A stretch of 32,000 nt of DNA from Cylindrospermopsis raciborskii Cr2010 (GTDB lineage: Bacteria; Cyanobacteriota; Cyanobacteriia; Cyanobacteriales; Nostocaceae). The stretch lies in contig NZ_CP065936.1 in assembly GCF_003367075.2 (NCBI RefSeq), forward strand, positions 1,950,001 through 1,982,000, written 5' to 3'. This document shows, in pieces, positions 11,692-21,032 of this stretch. The notes under the pieces are model-generated. The model had not been told where the DNA came from, ran no database searches, and saw nothing but the letters and a program-made list of their open reading frames with translations. Both the position numbers and the translations under genes were made by a program. Each line of letters opens with the position of its first letter. The first letter of the stretch is position 1.

Positions 11692-12213
11692 CTAAGCTTC
11701 GGTTTTTTCTATTTGATCTCTAATATCGTTCAGGTCTATATATCTATCAGTAGCATTACGTAACTCTCGGGCAATCATGCCCTCTGTCGACACAACGGTA
11801 ATATGGGTATTTTTAGAGCGTAACAGCTCAATTGCCCTTTCAAAGTCACCATCTCCACTAAATAAAACTACTCGGTCATACTGATCGACGGTATTGAACA
11901 TATCCACAACAATTTCAATATCCAAATTTGCTTTTTGTGAATAACGGCCAGAAACATCATCATAGTATTCCTTGAGGATTTTCGTGCGTACCGTATATCC
12001 CAGACTAATAAGTGCATCCCGGAAACCACGTTGGTCTTGAGGATCTTTTAAACCAGTGTACCAAAAAGCATTGATTAATGTTGTTTCAGGTTGTTCGTTC
12101 TTAAAATATTCTAACACTCGTCGCGGGTCAAAAAACCAGCCATTTTTTTGTTGAGCATAGAACATATTATTTCCGTCTACGAAAATAGACAGACGACTCA
12201 TGGGCAAAACCAT
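11692..12213 (-). CDS. NYN-domain protein (LabA-like/DUF88 family)
   Basis: IFVDGNNMFY near the N-terminus and VVLFSGDGDFERAIELL near the C-terminus are the acidic NYN/LabA signatures. 173 aa; the start could instead be the second Met (MSRLSIF). Confidence 0.8.
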   Translation of the reverse strand: MVLPMSRLSIFVDGNNMFYAQQKNGWFFDPRRVLEYFKNEQPETTLINAFWYTGLKDPQDQRGFRDALISLGYTVRTKILKEYYDDVSGRYSQKANLDIEIVVDMFNTVDQYDRVVLFSGDGDFERAIELLRSKNTHITVVSTEGMIARELRNATDRYIDLNDIRDQIEKTEA

Positions 12214-12371
12214 AGAAATTTACACCTAAATAATAAATAAGAATGTAAGTTTAAACAATAGATTATAGCAATTCTTAATTAGAGGGAAATCAGCACCGGG
12301 GATCACGGAACAGTTTGACCTGGGACAAAACAGCAACCCAGTCAGGAGAAACAACATAAAAGGGGAGTTAG

Positions 12372-15260
12372 TTAATTAGATTCCAACTCAGGAAGTCTCC
12401 CCATTTCTACTGTTCCCCGGGATCCATCAATGCGTACTTTTTGACCATCTCGTAATAAATCAGTAGCTCCATGTATATCCATGACCGCAGGAATGCCATA
12501 TTCCCTGGCCACAATTGCACCATGGGAAAGTTTGCCACCAGTTTCAGCAATCACCCCACCAGCACGAACTAAAATGGTGGCCCACCCAGAATCTGTGTAG
12601 GGTACCACTAGAATTGTCTGTTTATTAATTTCCCCTGCTTCCTGAAAATTGCGCACTATCTTCACTTTTCCTATGGCTTGTCCCCGACTGGCTGGAATTC
12701 CTACTAAAACTCGGTCAGAAACATTCACTGGTTTAGTTTTAGTCATTGGATAGGGTGGATTGTTGCCATAAACCACCGCCGGAATTTGGCTGATTTCACC
12801 ATCTTGCCCAAACTGCGATCGCCTGCTGGCTAACAATTTTACTAATTGTTCTGTCAATTGCGGATCTACATCAACAACTAAACGTCTAATCTCACCTAGG
12901 TTTAAATAGAAAATGTCTCCCGGTGCTGTTAATAGATGAGATGCTAACCAGGTCTTTTCTAAAGCCAAGAATGTCCAGCGTAATTCGGCCAGAAGTCGAG
13001 AATAAACTTCCGTAACTATTCCTTTTAAGTTGACACGATTTTGAACATTGCCCTCCTGGCGTTTTGTGGATCCCTGGTTACTGATAACTTCATGGGTTTC
13101 TAGGATCTGTATGAACATCTGCCTAAACAAGTCCGGTTGTTCCTTCCACCTAGGCACAGCAATATCAGTTGCTACTTGACTTAAATAACCATACTCTTCT
13201 AAAACCTCCTGGAATTCTTCTACAATCCCTTGACCTGAAGTGGTTTGTGCCAATTGGTCAAAAACTCTTTGAGGTTCTAAATCAGGCAATAGATCTTTTG
13301 CTGCTATGGCTAGACGTTGTAAAGAGTGCAATGATGATATTTCAGGAGCATTACTGTGATCAATTTCTTCATCTTTGACACGGAATAATTTCTGGCGGAT
13401 AGCAGCACTTAAAGGGGATAAAATACTATAGTAGGTAACCTTTTCCAATAAATCCAGAATTTGGTCCACCCTGTTCAAGAGTTGAGATGGTGATAATTCC
13501 CCCAAAGACTCATTAGCCAATTGTGTCATTCCGGGAAGAAAGAGTCGGGAGTAATCCAATTTGAACTGCTTTTCTAAAGCAATTTCCCGTTGCAATAGTT
13601 TGAGTAATCCCGGTAAGTTCTTGAAAGTCGAAGCTAGGGGGGGACGACTTATTTTCCCACCCCTGGTTAAAAACTCTAAACTTTCTGGCGGTAACCCCAT
13701 GGCCAGGAACACCTCACCCAACAAGGAAGCATTAAAGTAGGCTCTGGAGTAGTGAAGCGTAGCCATTTTAGTAAAGTCTAGACCAGAAGCACTCTCTCCT
13801 AAAACTATAGTAAATAGTTTTCCCCATACTCCACAGGTTAAAGGTAAATTAATCGACCAAGTTAGGGGACGAATCACACCGGGAATCACCTCAGCCGCTA
13901 TTTTTCTTGTCCAGATGGGCACTAGAGTAGTAATTGGTCGAGCTTGCAAGACCCACAGGGTTTGCCCATCGTAACTCCACTCTATATCCTGGGGAATGCC
14001 ATAATAATTGTCTTCTACCCTTCTGGCCAGATAGGCTACTTGTTTGATTAATGACTGAGGAATTTTTCCCTCTCCCTCAAATTGCACCGTAGATAATTTA
14101 TCTTCCCCCAACACAAACAGACGATATTGTTCGGGTGTTACCTTCCCAGAAACTACTTGCTCTGGAGTTCCTACCACAGCCTCAATTACTACTGCATCCC
14201 CCTGTTGAGAAATGGGATCACGACTAAATGCTACCCCCGAATAAACACTTTGTATCTGAGGTTGGATTAGTACAGCCATGCCCACATCCTTTACCCCTAA
14301 GTCCTGTCTATACTTTACCGCATTCTCACTATTGTAGGATCTCTTAACCTCTGCGATCGCCAGACTTAAACCTTGCTTGCTAGTAACATTTAACACTGTT
14401 GTATATTGTCCAGCTGCGGATGCCTGTTGGGAGTCCTCACCAATAGCAGAAGAGCGAACTACCAGGGGTGACAATGGAGATGGTTGGAGGAAATTAATCA
14501 ACTGGCCAGGATCGTCAAAAGGAGCTAAAACCCAACCTTTAGGTACGGAGTAACCCCGGCGCTTAACCTGTGATAATGTAGCGGATTTAGCACCAAATAC
14601 CTCCGGATCTAACACATCATCTAAGGTAATAATATTTGGTTTACTACCACTTAAATATTCCATTATTGGTTTAACTGGCAGCTGTGCTCCCTGGGGTGGT
14701 AATTCCAGGTCATCAGGGATTTGTTGATAAATCCACCCCATTAAACCAGCCAAAGTAAAGGCGGCAATAATTTTACTGAGGTCTTGACCATGGAGGAAGG
14801 CCACCAGCACAGGAAATAAAATCAGCACCCCAAATTGGATTACCTGTCTAGAACGGAGAAGGAGAAAGCCAATAGCTGCTGACAAAGTGACACATCCTGC
14901 TATTAATGGGTCATGGAGCAAAAATCCCCAGGCCACATTGGTAGTTCCTGCACCCCTGGTGAAAGTGTATCTACCTATGACTAAGGCAATGAGAGCAATT
15001 AATTCCCAGAAGGACCCTTGGGGGAAGAAGATGCGAGTAATTAACACAGCAGCAATTCCCTTCAAAGCTTCCGAGAGCACTGCTAAAACACCTACTACTC
15101 TTCCTCCGTGATAAAATGCTGCTGCCACACTAAGATTACCAGTACCCACCTGTTCTAATCGCCTACCCTGGATGATTTGGGTTATCCAAGCAATTATTGG
15201 CATTGCGCCCAAGAGTGGACAAGTAATTAAAATAACTAATAAACCCCAAAGCTGAGACAT
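12372..15260 (-). CDS. Fusion protein: PlsY-like membrane domain + PEP/pyruvate-binding ATP-grasp (PPDK_N-like) domain + PEP-utilizing mobile His domain
   Basis: The N-terminal ~190 aa are hydrophobic with a PlsY-like GTGNLSVAAAFYHGGRVVGVLAVLSEALKGIAAVL. The middle has FGAKSATLSQVKRRGYSVPKGWVL (PPDK_N/PpsA-type). The C-terminus has ILVVPYTDSGWATILVRAGGVIAETGGKLSHGAIVAREYGIPAV (swivelling phospho-His domain). 962 aa. Confidence 0.8.
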   Translation of the reverse strand: MSQLWGLLVILITCPLLGAMPIIAWITQIIQGRRLEQVGTGNLSVAAAFYHGGRVVGVLAVLSEALKGIAAVLITRIFFPQGSFWELIALIALVIGRYTFTRGAGTTNVAWGFLLHDPLIAGCVTLSAAIGFLLLRSRQVIQFGVLILFPVLVAFLHGQDLSKIIAAFTLAGLMGWIYQQIPDDLELPPQGAQLPVKPIMEYLSGSKPNIITLDDVLDPEVFGAKSATLSQVKRRGYSVPKGWVLAPFDDPGQLINFLQPSPLSPLVVRSSAIGEDSQQASAAGQYTTVLNVTSKQGLSLAIAEVKRSYNSENAVKYRQDLGVKDVGMAVLIQPQIQSVYSGVAFSRDPISQQGDAVVIEAVVGTPEQVVSGKVTPEQYRLFVLGEDKLSTVQFEGEGKIPQSLIKQVAYLARRVEDNYYGIPQDIEWSYDGQTLWVLQARPITTLVPIWTRKIAAEVIPGVIRPLTWSINLPLTCGVWGKLFTIVLGESASGLDFTKMATLHYSRAYFNASLLGEVFLAMGLPPESLEFLTRGGKISRPPLASTFKNLPGLLKLLQREIALEKQFKLDYSRLFLPGMTQLANESLGELSPSQLLNRVDQILDLLEKVTYYSILSPLSAAIRQKLFRVKDEEIDHSNAPEISSLHSLQRLAIAAKDLLPDLEPQRVFDQLAQTTSGQGIVEEFQEVLEEYGYLSQVATDIAVPRWKEQPDLFRQMFIQILETHEVISNQGSTKRQEGNVQNRVNLKGIVTEVYSRLLAELRWTFLALEKTWLASHLLTAPGDIFYLNLGEIRRLVVDVDPQLTEQLVKLLASRRSQFGQDGEISQIPAVVYGNNPPYPMTKTKPVNVSDRVLVGIPASRGQAIGKVKIVRNFQEAGEINKQTILVVPYTDSGWATILVRAGGVIAETGGKLSHGAIVAREYGIPAVMDIHGATDLLRDGQKVRIDGSRGTVEMGRLPELESN

Positions 15261-15587
15261 TATATAAATATTTATTGTTGTGTGTAATGTATTCTTACTT
15301 GAAAACTAGGTTAGGTTTTGGCAAGGTAAGTTCTTGTAGACTAATGTAATAATTATAGTAGTATGACAACTGAAATTATCCACTCCAAAATCTCAAATAT
15401 GATTATTTAATAGGATCAATGGGAATTTTCCATAAAACCGATGTTTTTCTCATAGGACTTATCATAGCACTTAGATTACAATCTTACCTGATAAGTCCAG
15501 CAACACATTTGGGAGTACCTGTAGCTCCCACCATCCGTGCCTAAAAAGTATGGGAAAGCTACAGGCTTAATCGAAATCTTAATAGAC

Positions 15588-15863
15588 TTAGCCTAATGCG
15601 TATGCTGATCTCAAAGCCCAGATAATGAGTATTGCTATAGAACCTAATACCAATACAGTAGATACCATTACTAGCTTGGGAGAGTCCGCACCCTCAAACT
15701 TCATAATTCCGCGATTCAAGTCGGACATACTTTTATGGCCCTCCTTTATTAGAGTTAGAGTCTGTCCGAATCGATTGTAATCCTTCCTTTGACTAATTGG
15801 GGTTAACTTTAGGTTATTTTTATTAAAGTGGTCAATAAAATGTCCGCGAATGCGGACATACAT
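15588..15863 (-). CDS. Possible small membrane protein (91 aa), hypothetical
   Basis: ORF only. It has one C-terminal hydrophobic helix (LVMVSTVLVLGSIAILIIWAL). No motif or RBS evidence. Confidence 0.3.
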   Translation of the reverse strand: MYVRIRGHFIDHFNKNNLKLTPISQRKDYNRFGQTLTLIKEGHKSMSDLNRGIMKFEGADSPKLVMVSTVLVLGSIAILIIWALRSAYALG

Positions 15864-16018
15864 CAGGGCTTGTTGTTACTTTTGTTGGCTACAATCATGG
15901 ATGGAACATGATGCTTTTATGTTTGACGATTATGAGGAAAAAATCAAGGGTTTGGCAGCATTTAATTAGACATAATTACAGTAATTATGAGAATTGTGTA
16001 ACCTAAGAAATACTTAAA

Positions 16019-17770
16019 CTATACTGAGTAGCGCCTTGATGTGTAAACCCAGATTTTCTCCAGGGGAGACTCTATTTTTTTAGTATGGGAAGAGCCAACA
16101 ATAATTAAAGTTCGCATATCCGCATCCGTAGGTTCTAAGTCTTGTAAACTTATGACTTTTAAAATTTCTCCTGGTCTACCAATATTACGTCCTAATATTA
16201 CAGGAGTATGGGGTTTCCTATATTTTAATAATATATCCCTAGCTGCTGTCAATTGCCAAGTTCTGGTTTGGGAAATTGGATTATAAAATGCGATGACAAA
16301 ATCCCCCTGAGCAGCATTAGTAATTCGCCTAGCTATGATTTCCCAAGGCTTTAAAATATCCGAGAGAGAAATTACACAAAAATCATGACCTAGGGGGGCG
16401 CCAACCGCAGCAGCAGTGGCCTGCATAGCAGAAATACCTGGAGCAACTTGAATATCAATTGTTTGCCATTCTGGTTGGTCATATTGGCTCAGCACATCAA
16501 AAACTGCTGTAGCCATGGCATAAATACCTGGATCTCCTGAAGAAACCACTGCCACATATCGTCCTTGAGCTGCTAAATCTAGGGCTTTTTTGGCGCGGGA
16601 TTCTTCTTCTCGGTTGTCTGATTCATGTATGTTTTTACCATCAGCTAAGGAACCAATGAGATTGATATAAGTTTTATAGCCTACTAAATCAGTAGCATTG
16701 TGGAGAATTTCCTGCACTTGGGGGGACATCCATTGTATTCCCCCAGGACCTGTACCGATGATGGCCAGTTTTCCTCTTGGTTGTCCAATAGTTTCTGGGG
16801 AAATAATTTCGTGAGCAATGCTGAGGGTAATTGGAGAAAATGGTGAATGAAAGTATGTATGATAGGCATTATTTATGATCATACTAGCACCAACCACCGC
16901 CTCATGAAAACTGCATCCTTTATCAGTTAGTTCCCGGATCTGATTTGTGTTCAGAAATCTCACCGGTAAGGAAAAAGTTTCACTAATATCCTGCAAAATA
17001 GAGTTATTAGCTAAAGTAAGAGGAGCAATTATCACTGCTAATGCGTGAGGGGAAATTTCTGATTTTGCCAATAATTCATGAATGTGGTTGAGTGTTTGTG
17101 AATGAAGCGCTGATAAAACAACTGCCACTGTTTGGGGATGATAAACTAAACAATTAGATGGGGGAATTAGGTTTTTTTCCGTAACTTGAATAGTTAATTC
17201 TCCCCTGTCATCAATGGGCAAATTACTCCCACTCAACCAAGGAGCTATACCCTGTAATTTAACTTTTGCTCCTGCTAATAAATCAGCTATAAATTTTTTT
17301 CCGTTGTCTGGATTAACTAAATAATAACCCCTGGGTGGAGATAATAAAGCGGTGCGAAATCTTAAATCTCCCGTAGTTGTAATGGCAGGTTTTATATTTA
17401 AACCGGCTCCTATTTGCCGTGCTAACTCATTTACTCCAGTTAGTCCACCCAAGAGAGGAACAACAGCACTACCATCTTCTGCTACAGCTAATAGAGGTGG
17501 TTCTTGATTTTTATTAGTAATTAATGGTGCGAGTGTTCTAATTAAAATACCAGCAGCACATATACCAATTATGGGGGTTCCCGTCACAAATAATTGTCCC
17601 AGGGTATGTCCAAAATCAGTAAAGCTCACATCCACATCACAGGTACGATTGGCTAAACCATATATTTTGGCACCCGGTATAACACCAACAATTTGTTTTG
17701 CCACTATGAGACTATTCTGACTGAGAATTATAACCACCGGTTTTGTTTTGTTTTTTTCCAATCCATTCAT
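16019..17770 (-). CDS. cobJ: Bifunctional CbiG-like / precorrin-3B C17-methyltransferase (CobJ/CbiH)
   Basis: The C-terminal ~250 aa are a tetrapyrrole methylase (GKLAIIGTGPGGIQWMSPQ..., VAVVSSGDPGIYAMA). The N-terminal ~330 aa resemble CbiG (ITTTGDL, LAVIIAP). 583 aa, last gene of the cob operon. Confidence 0.85.
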   Translation of the reverse strand: MNGLEKNKTKPVVIILSQNSLIVAKQIVGVIPGAKIYGLANRTCDVDVSFTDFGHTLGQLFVTGTPIIGICAAGILIRTLAPLITNKNQEPPLLAVAEDGSAVVPLLGGLTGVNELARQIGAGLNIKPAITTTGDLRFRTALLSPPRGYYLVNPDNGKKFIADLLAGAKVKLQGIAPWLSGSNLPIDDRGELTIQVTEKNLIPPSNCLVYHPQTVAVVLSALHSQTLNHIHELLAKSEISPHALAVIIAPLTLANNSILQDISETFSLPVRFLNTNQIRELTDKGCSFHEAVVGASMIINNAYHTYFHSPFSPITLSIAHEIISPETIGQPRGKLAIIGTGPGGIQWMSPQVQEILHNATDLVGYKTYINLIGSLADGKNIHESDNREEESRAKKALDLAAQGRYVAVVSSGDPGIYAMATAVFDVLSQYDQPEWQTIDIQVAPGISAMQATAAAVGAPLGHDFCVISLSDILKPWEIIARRITNAAQGDFVIAFYNPISQTRTWQLTAARDILLKYRKPHTPVILGRNIGRPGEILKVISLQDLEPTDADMRTLIIVGSSHTKKIESPLEKIWVYTSRRYSV

Positions 17771-17839
17771 AATATTATTGTCACGATTTAATTTGCTGTA
17801 GTTATACTAAATTAGATTTAATCATGTTAAATCTGTAAC

Positions 17840-18559
17840 CTACAGTCTTTGTTTAGTAGGTATGACAATCATGGAAAAATAAGGTACTTCTTCAGGGTCT
17901 ACCTCATCCAGTGGCACAATTCTCTGTTGTGTAGTAGTTGCGCGTTCAATATACTTTGCTCGGGAACTTAGTCCTAATTGATGCAGCACATCCCGGATTT
18001 TGACAAAATGACGACCGATCTTCATAATAGCAACAGCATCAGCGGAAAGAAGTTGACTAATTAACATTTCTCTAGGCAGCGTACCCGGTAAAACCTTCAA
18101 AATATCATTATAATAAGTAAAAGGTACACCCAAAGAAATCGGACAAGCCATTAAAGAAGAAATCCCGGGCACCACCTCCGTCTGATACTTATCTGAAAGT
18201 CGAGTAAATATATACATAAAAGATCCATAAAAAAACGGATCTCCTTCGCATAATACCACCACATCCCGACCAGCTGCCAAATGTGACCCAATAGGTTCAA
18301 CCTCGCGATCATAGATATCTTTAGCCTTTTCCGGTTCCAGAGCGCGGGGAAGATGATATAAAACCTCTATTTGATTCCCAGGTAAGTAGGGAGAGACAAT
18401 TTTTCTAGCAATACTTTCTCGATCTATAGCTGACTGATAGGCAATAACAGAAGCAGAACGTATTAAACGCAATGCTTTTAATGTTAACAGTTCCGGATCT
18501 CCAGGACCAACACCTACTCCATACAAACGACCTTTTAAATTCATGTTTCTTCCTCGCAT
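17840..18559 (-). CDS. cobI: Precorrin-2 C20-methyltransferase (CobI/CbiL)
   Basis: RLYGVGVGPGDPELLTLKA and VVVLCEGDPFFYGS methylase motifs. The second Met (MNLKGRLYG, ATG at 18544) overlaps the cobH stop as ATGA and is probably the real start. Confidence 0.9.
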   Translation of the reverse strand: MRGRNMNLKGRLYGVGVGPGDPELLTLKALRLIRSASVIAYQSAIDRESIARKIVSPYLPGNQIEVLYHLPRALEPEKAKDIYDREVEPIGSHLAAGRDVVVLCEGDPFFYGSFMYIFTRLSDKYQTEVVPGISSLMACPISLGVPFTYYNDILKVLPGTLPREMLISQLLSADAVAIMKIGRHFVKIRDVLHQLGLSSRAKYIERATTTQQRIVPLDEVDPEEVPYFSMIVIPTKQRL

Positions 18560-19170
18560 GCTAGCGCATTAATAGCAGAAGCGGCGATCGCACTTCCACC
18601 CCGTCTACCATGTAAAGTTAAAAATGGCACACCACGACTGTTCTCCGCCAGGGCGGCCTTAGATTCAGCAGCGCCCACAAAACCCACAGGAAAGCCTAGA
18701 ATCAGAGCTGGACGTGGCACTCCTTCATCCAACATTTCTAGCAATCTAAATAATGCCGTAGGAGCATTACCAATAGCCACAACCGCACCATCAAGATGAA
18801 ATCGCCATAGTTCCAGAGCTGCTGCTGAACGGGTATTGCCTAACCGTTTAGCTATTGTGGGCACTTCTGGATCATTCAAAGAACAAATAATAGCATTCGT
18901 AGTAGGTAATCTTTTTTTAGTGATTCCCTGTGCAACCATCTGACAATCACATAAAATGGGTGCACCCGCAGCCAAAGCGTTTTTGCCTAAATTTACAGCA
19001 TCTAGTGAGTATGCTAAGTCTTTTACTATATCCGTCATGCCACAGGCATGAATTAAACGCACAGCTATCTTTGCTACATCCTCCGGGAGACTATCTAATT
19101 GTGCTTCCGAGCGGATAATGTCAAAAGATTTTTTGTATATTTCTCCAGCATCTCGTATATAATTATACAT
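18541..19170 (-). CDS. cobH: Precorrin-8X methylmutase (CobH/CbiC)
   Basis: 209 aa with IHACGM and the C-terminal LHGRRGGSAIAASAINAL typical of CobH/CbiC. ATGA-coupled to cobI. Confidence 0.9.
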   Translation of the reverse strand: MYNYIRDAGEIYKKSFDIIRSEAQLDSLPEDVAKIAVRLIHACGMTDIVKDLAYSLDAVNLGKNALAAGAPILCDCQMVAQGITKKRLPTTNAIICSLNDPEVPTIAKRLGNTRSAAALELWRFHLDGAVVAIGNAPTALFRLLEMLDEGVPRPALILGFPVGFVGAAESKAALAENSRGVPFLTLHGRRGGSAIAASAINALACEEET

Positions 19171-19201
19171 AAACTACACATAAAATAGAAAAATTGCAAG
19201 A

Positions 19202-20788
19202 CTAAAAACACTCAACTGAGAGTTGAGTGAAAAACTCCTTGAGTTGAGATATATCATAACGATTGGCAAACTCGGTAAAGGACTCTTGAGGACTCAGACG
19301 ATTAAGTATATATACTTTGAATATATTTTCCATGAGTTGAGGTAATTGGGCAAAGGGGAAATTTTCATAAATTGGGCGGTGAATATTATTACCAATATAC
19401 ACTTGATATGCTGGGACAGATTGATTTTCTTGCTCAATGTTGACCCCAAGCAATGTAATATCACTTTCAGTGTGTTGGGCGCAAGACTTAGGACAGCCAG
19501 TGAAATGAATATTAATATGGGAATCTAGATTTATATAGGTTTGTAAATATTCGCTTAATATCAAAGCATGGGTTTTTGTGTCCGTAGCAGAAGAGGAGCA
19601 ACCACTGCTTCCGGAACAGGAGACCAACCCACTTTTTATGTTTGTAGGTGAGTAGTCAAGTTGCAAATCATGAATTTCCGAAGTTACCCAAGAAAGGTGT
19701 TGTTGAGGAATATTAGTGAGCAGTAAATTTTGCCAAGGGGTTAGTCTCAGTTCACCGGAGCCATATTGGGTTGCCATATTAGCCAATCGGCGAACTTGCC
19801 AAGTTTGTAATCGCCCCAGAGGTAAAACCAGACCAATATAAAACATTCCTGATTGTTTTTGGGGATGAATACCCAAATGGAAAACCTGGTCATGTTTTTG
19901 AGGGTTAAATTTGTGGTTAGGCAAAAGATTTGGAGAAGGAGCATGGGAGACTTGAAATTCCAGATCCCTTATCTTTTCTAAATCAAGTAACCTATTTTTA
20001 TGTAAAAGTACCAACATTTTATGTAAGAAACATTGCCATCCCACATTATTAATTACCTCTCGTAATCGGGGTTTGCGTTTAGCAAAGCATTCTTTAGAGA
20101 GCAAAGTGTATTCCAGATAGACTTGTGCCACAGATCCCAACACGGGTATACATTGTTCAGGAGTCAACCAAAGAGAGAAATTTGGGGAAAAATTTTCCTT
20201 TCCAGTGGCACAAAAATAAAAAATGGGATATATTGGTTTATGTCCCCATTTCCCCGTAGGAAAGAACTTAGGTTCTTTCCTACCCCCCTCAACAAGTAAA
20301 GAGATAGCATCCAGAGCAGTAAGAGATATGTCATTGGGAAAACTGGCGATAGATACTTTACCACCACCATCAAAACCCACACTAAACTTAGCTGAAAGCT
20401 CCCCTAGTTGGGGTTGATTATTAATATATTGCTCCCAATCTTGAATGAGCGGGCGAACATCTATTAACTCTCCTGGGTCTATACCAGCAGTAGGGCTAGT
20501 CATGATATTGCGGAGATGGTCTATAGCGGGATTAACAGCAGCCATACCAGAAGTTTGTAGGGTGTGCAGGTCATCCGTACTTATTTCCCGCTGAATTTCT
20601 CGGATTTGTAAGTTAGCGCGATTAGTAATATCAACATAACCACCCCCATAATCGTCAGCCATATTAGCGATCAGATGAAATTGTTGGCTATTTAAAATGC
20701 CACCAGGGGTGCGGATGCGACAGAGAATGCCATCTTGGGCAAAAGTGTTATAAAATAGACCGGGACAAGCTGTAAATGGACTTAACAA
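19202..20788 (-). CDS. cobG: Precorrin-3B synthase CobG (sulfite/nitrite-reductase-like ferredoxin fold); start re-set to TTG 20788
   Basis: ACPGLFYNTFAQDGILCRIRTPGGIL N-terminus typical of CobG. Siroheme/4Fe-4S Cys cluster in VSCSGSSGCSSSATD ... FTGCPKSCAQH. The track ORF runs up to ATG 20962, but 20828-20970 is a riboswitch aptamer. TTG at 20788 is in frame, 6 nt after a GGAGA Shine-Dalgarno, and gives MLSPFTACPGL... Confidence 0.7.
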   Translation of the reverse strand: MLSPFTACPGLFYNTFAQDGILCRIRTPGGILNSQQFHLIANMADDYGGGYVDITNRANLQIREIQREISTDDLHTLQTSGMAAVNPAIDHLRNIMTSPTAGIDPGELIDVRPLIQDWEQYINNQPQLGELSAKFSVGFDGGGKVSIASFPNDISLTALDAISLLVEGGRKEPKFFPTGKWGHKPIYPIFYFCATGKENFSPNFSLWLTPEQCIPVLGSVAQVYLEYTLLSKECFAKRKPRLREVINNVGWQCFLHKMLVLLHKNRLLDLEKIRDLEFQVSHAPSPNLLPNHKFNPQKHDQVFHLGIHPQKQSGMFYIGLVLPLGRLQTWQVRRLANMATQYGSGELRLTPWQNLLLTNIPQQHLSWVTSEIHDLQLDYSPTNIKSGLVSCSGSSGCSSSATDTKTHALILSEYLQTYINLDSHINIHFTGCPKSCAQHTESDITLLGVNIEQENQSVPAYQVYIGNNIHRPIYENFPFAQLPQLMENIFKVYILNRLSPQESFTEFANRYDISQLKEFFTQLSVECF

Positions 20789-20970
20789 AACAAATCTCCG
20801 TGCGACGCGGGGACAGGATAGGTGGAGGTTCTTAGAAGTGGCATTCTGACTTGTGCAATTTTTAGATTTTAGACCTTGAGACCAAATAGGTAAGGGGCTT
20901 AAAATCGTTGATTGCTGAACAGCTGCGGCACAGTCCCGGAATTTCACCGGAGTTTCCCACATCTAAGAAC
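20789..20970 (-). promoter_or_regulatory. Cobalamin (B12) riboswitch in the cobG leader: aptamer 20828-20970 plus a putative SD-sequestering platform 20789-20827
   Basis: The minus strand reads GUUCUUAGAUGUGGGAAACUCCGGUGAAAUUCCGGGACUGUGCCGCAGCUGUUCAGCAA...CAAGUCAGAAUGCCACUUCUAAGAAC. The core GGGAA-n-GGUGAAAUUCC-n-CUGUGCCGCAGCUGU matches the conserved cobalamin-riboswitch core. AGUCAGAAUGCCAC sits where the B12 box belongs. A 9-bp P1 (GUUCUUAGA/UCUAAGAAC) closes the aptamer. CUCC (20824-20827) could pair with the GGAG SD (20796-20799). Confidence 0.75.
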
Positions 20971-21032
20971 TTGTGCGAATTAGCAATTCAAAACTTCAGG
21001 AATTAGTTTTATTGCGATACTTTTTTGCTAAC

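Noticed and set aside
20789-20962. The N-terminal 58 codons of the track's 586-aa cobG ORF (ATG at 20962).
   Set aside because: This stretch is the cobalamin riboswitch aptamer and its expression platform. The peptide MWETPVKFRDCAAAVQQ... does not resemble CobG, and CobG homology begins only after the TTG at 20788.
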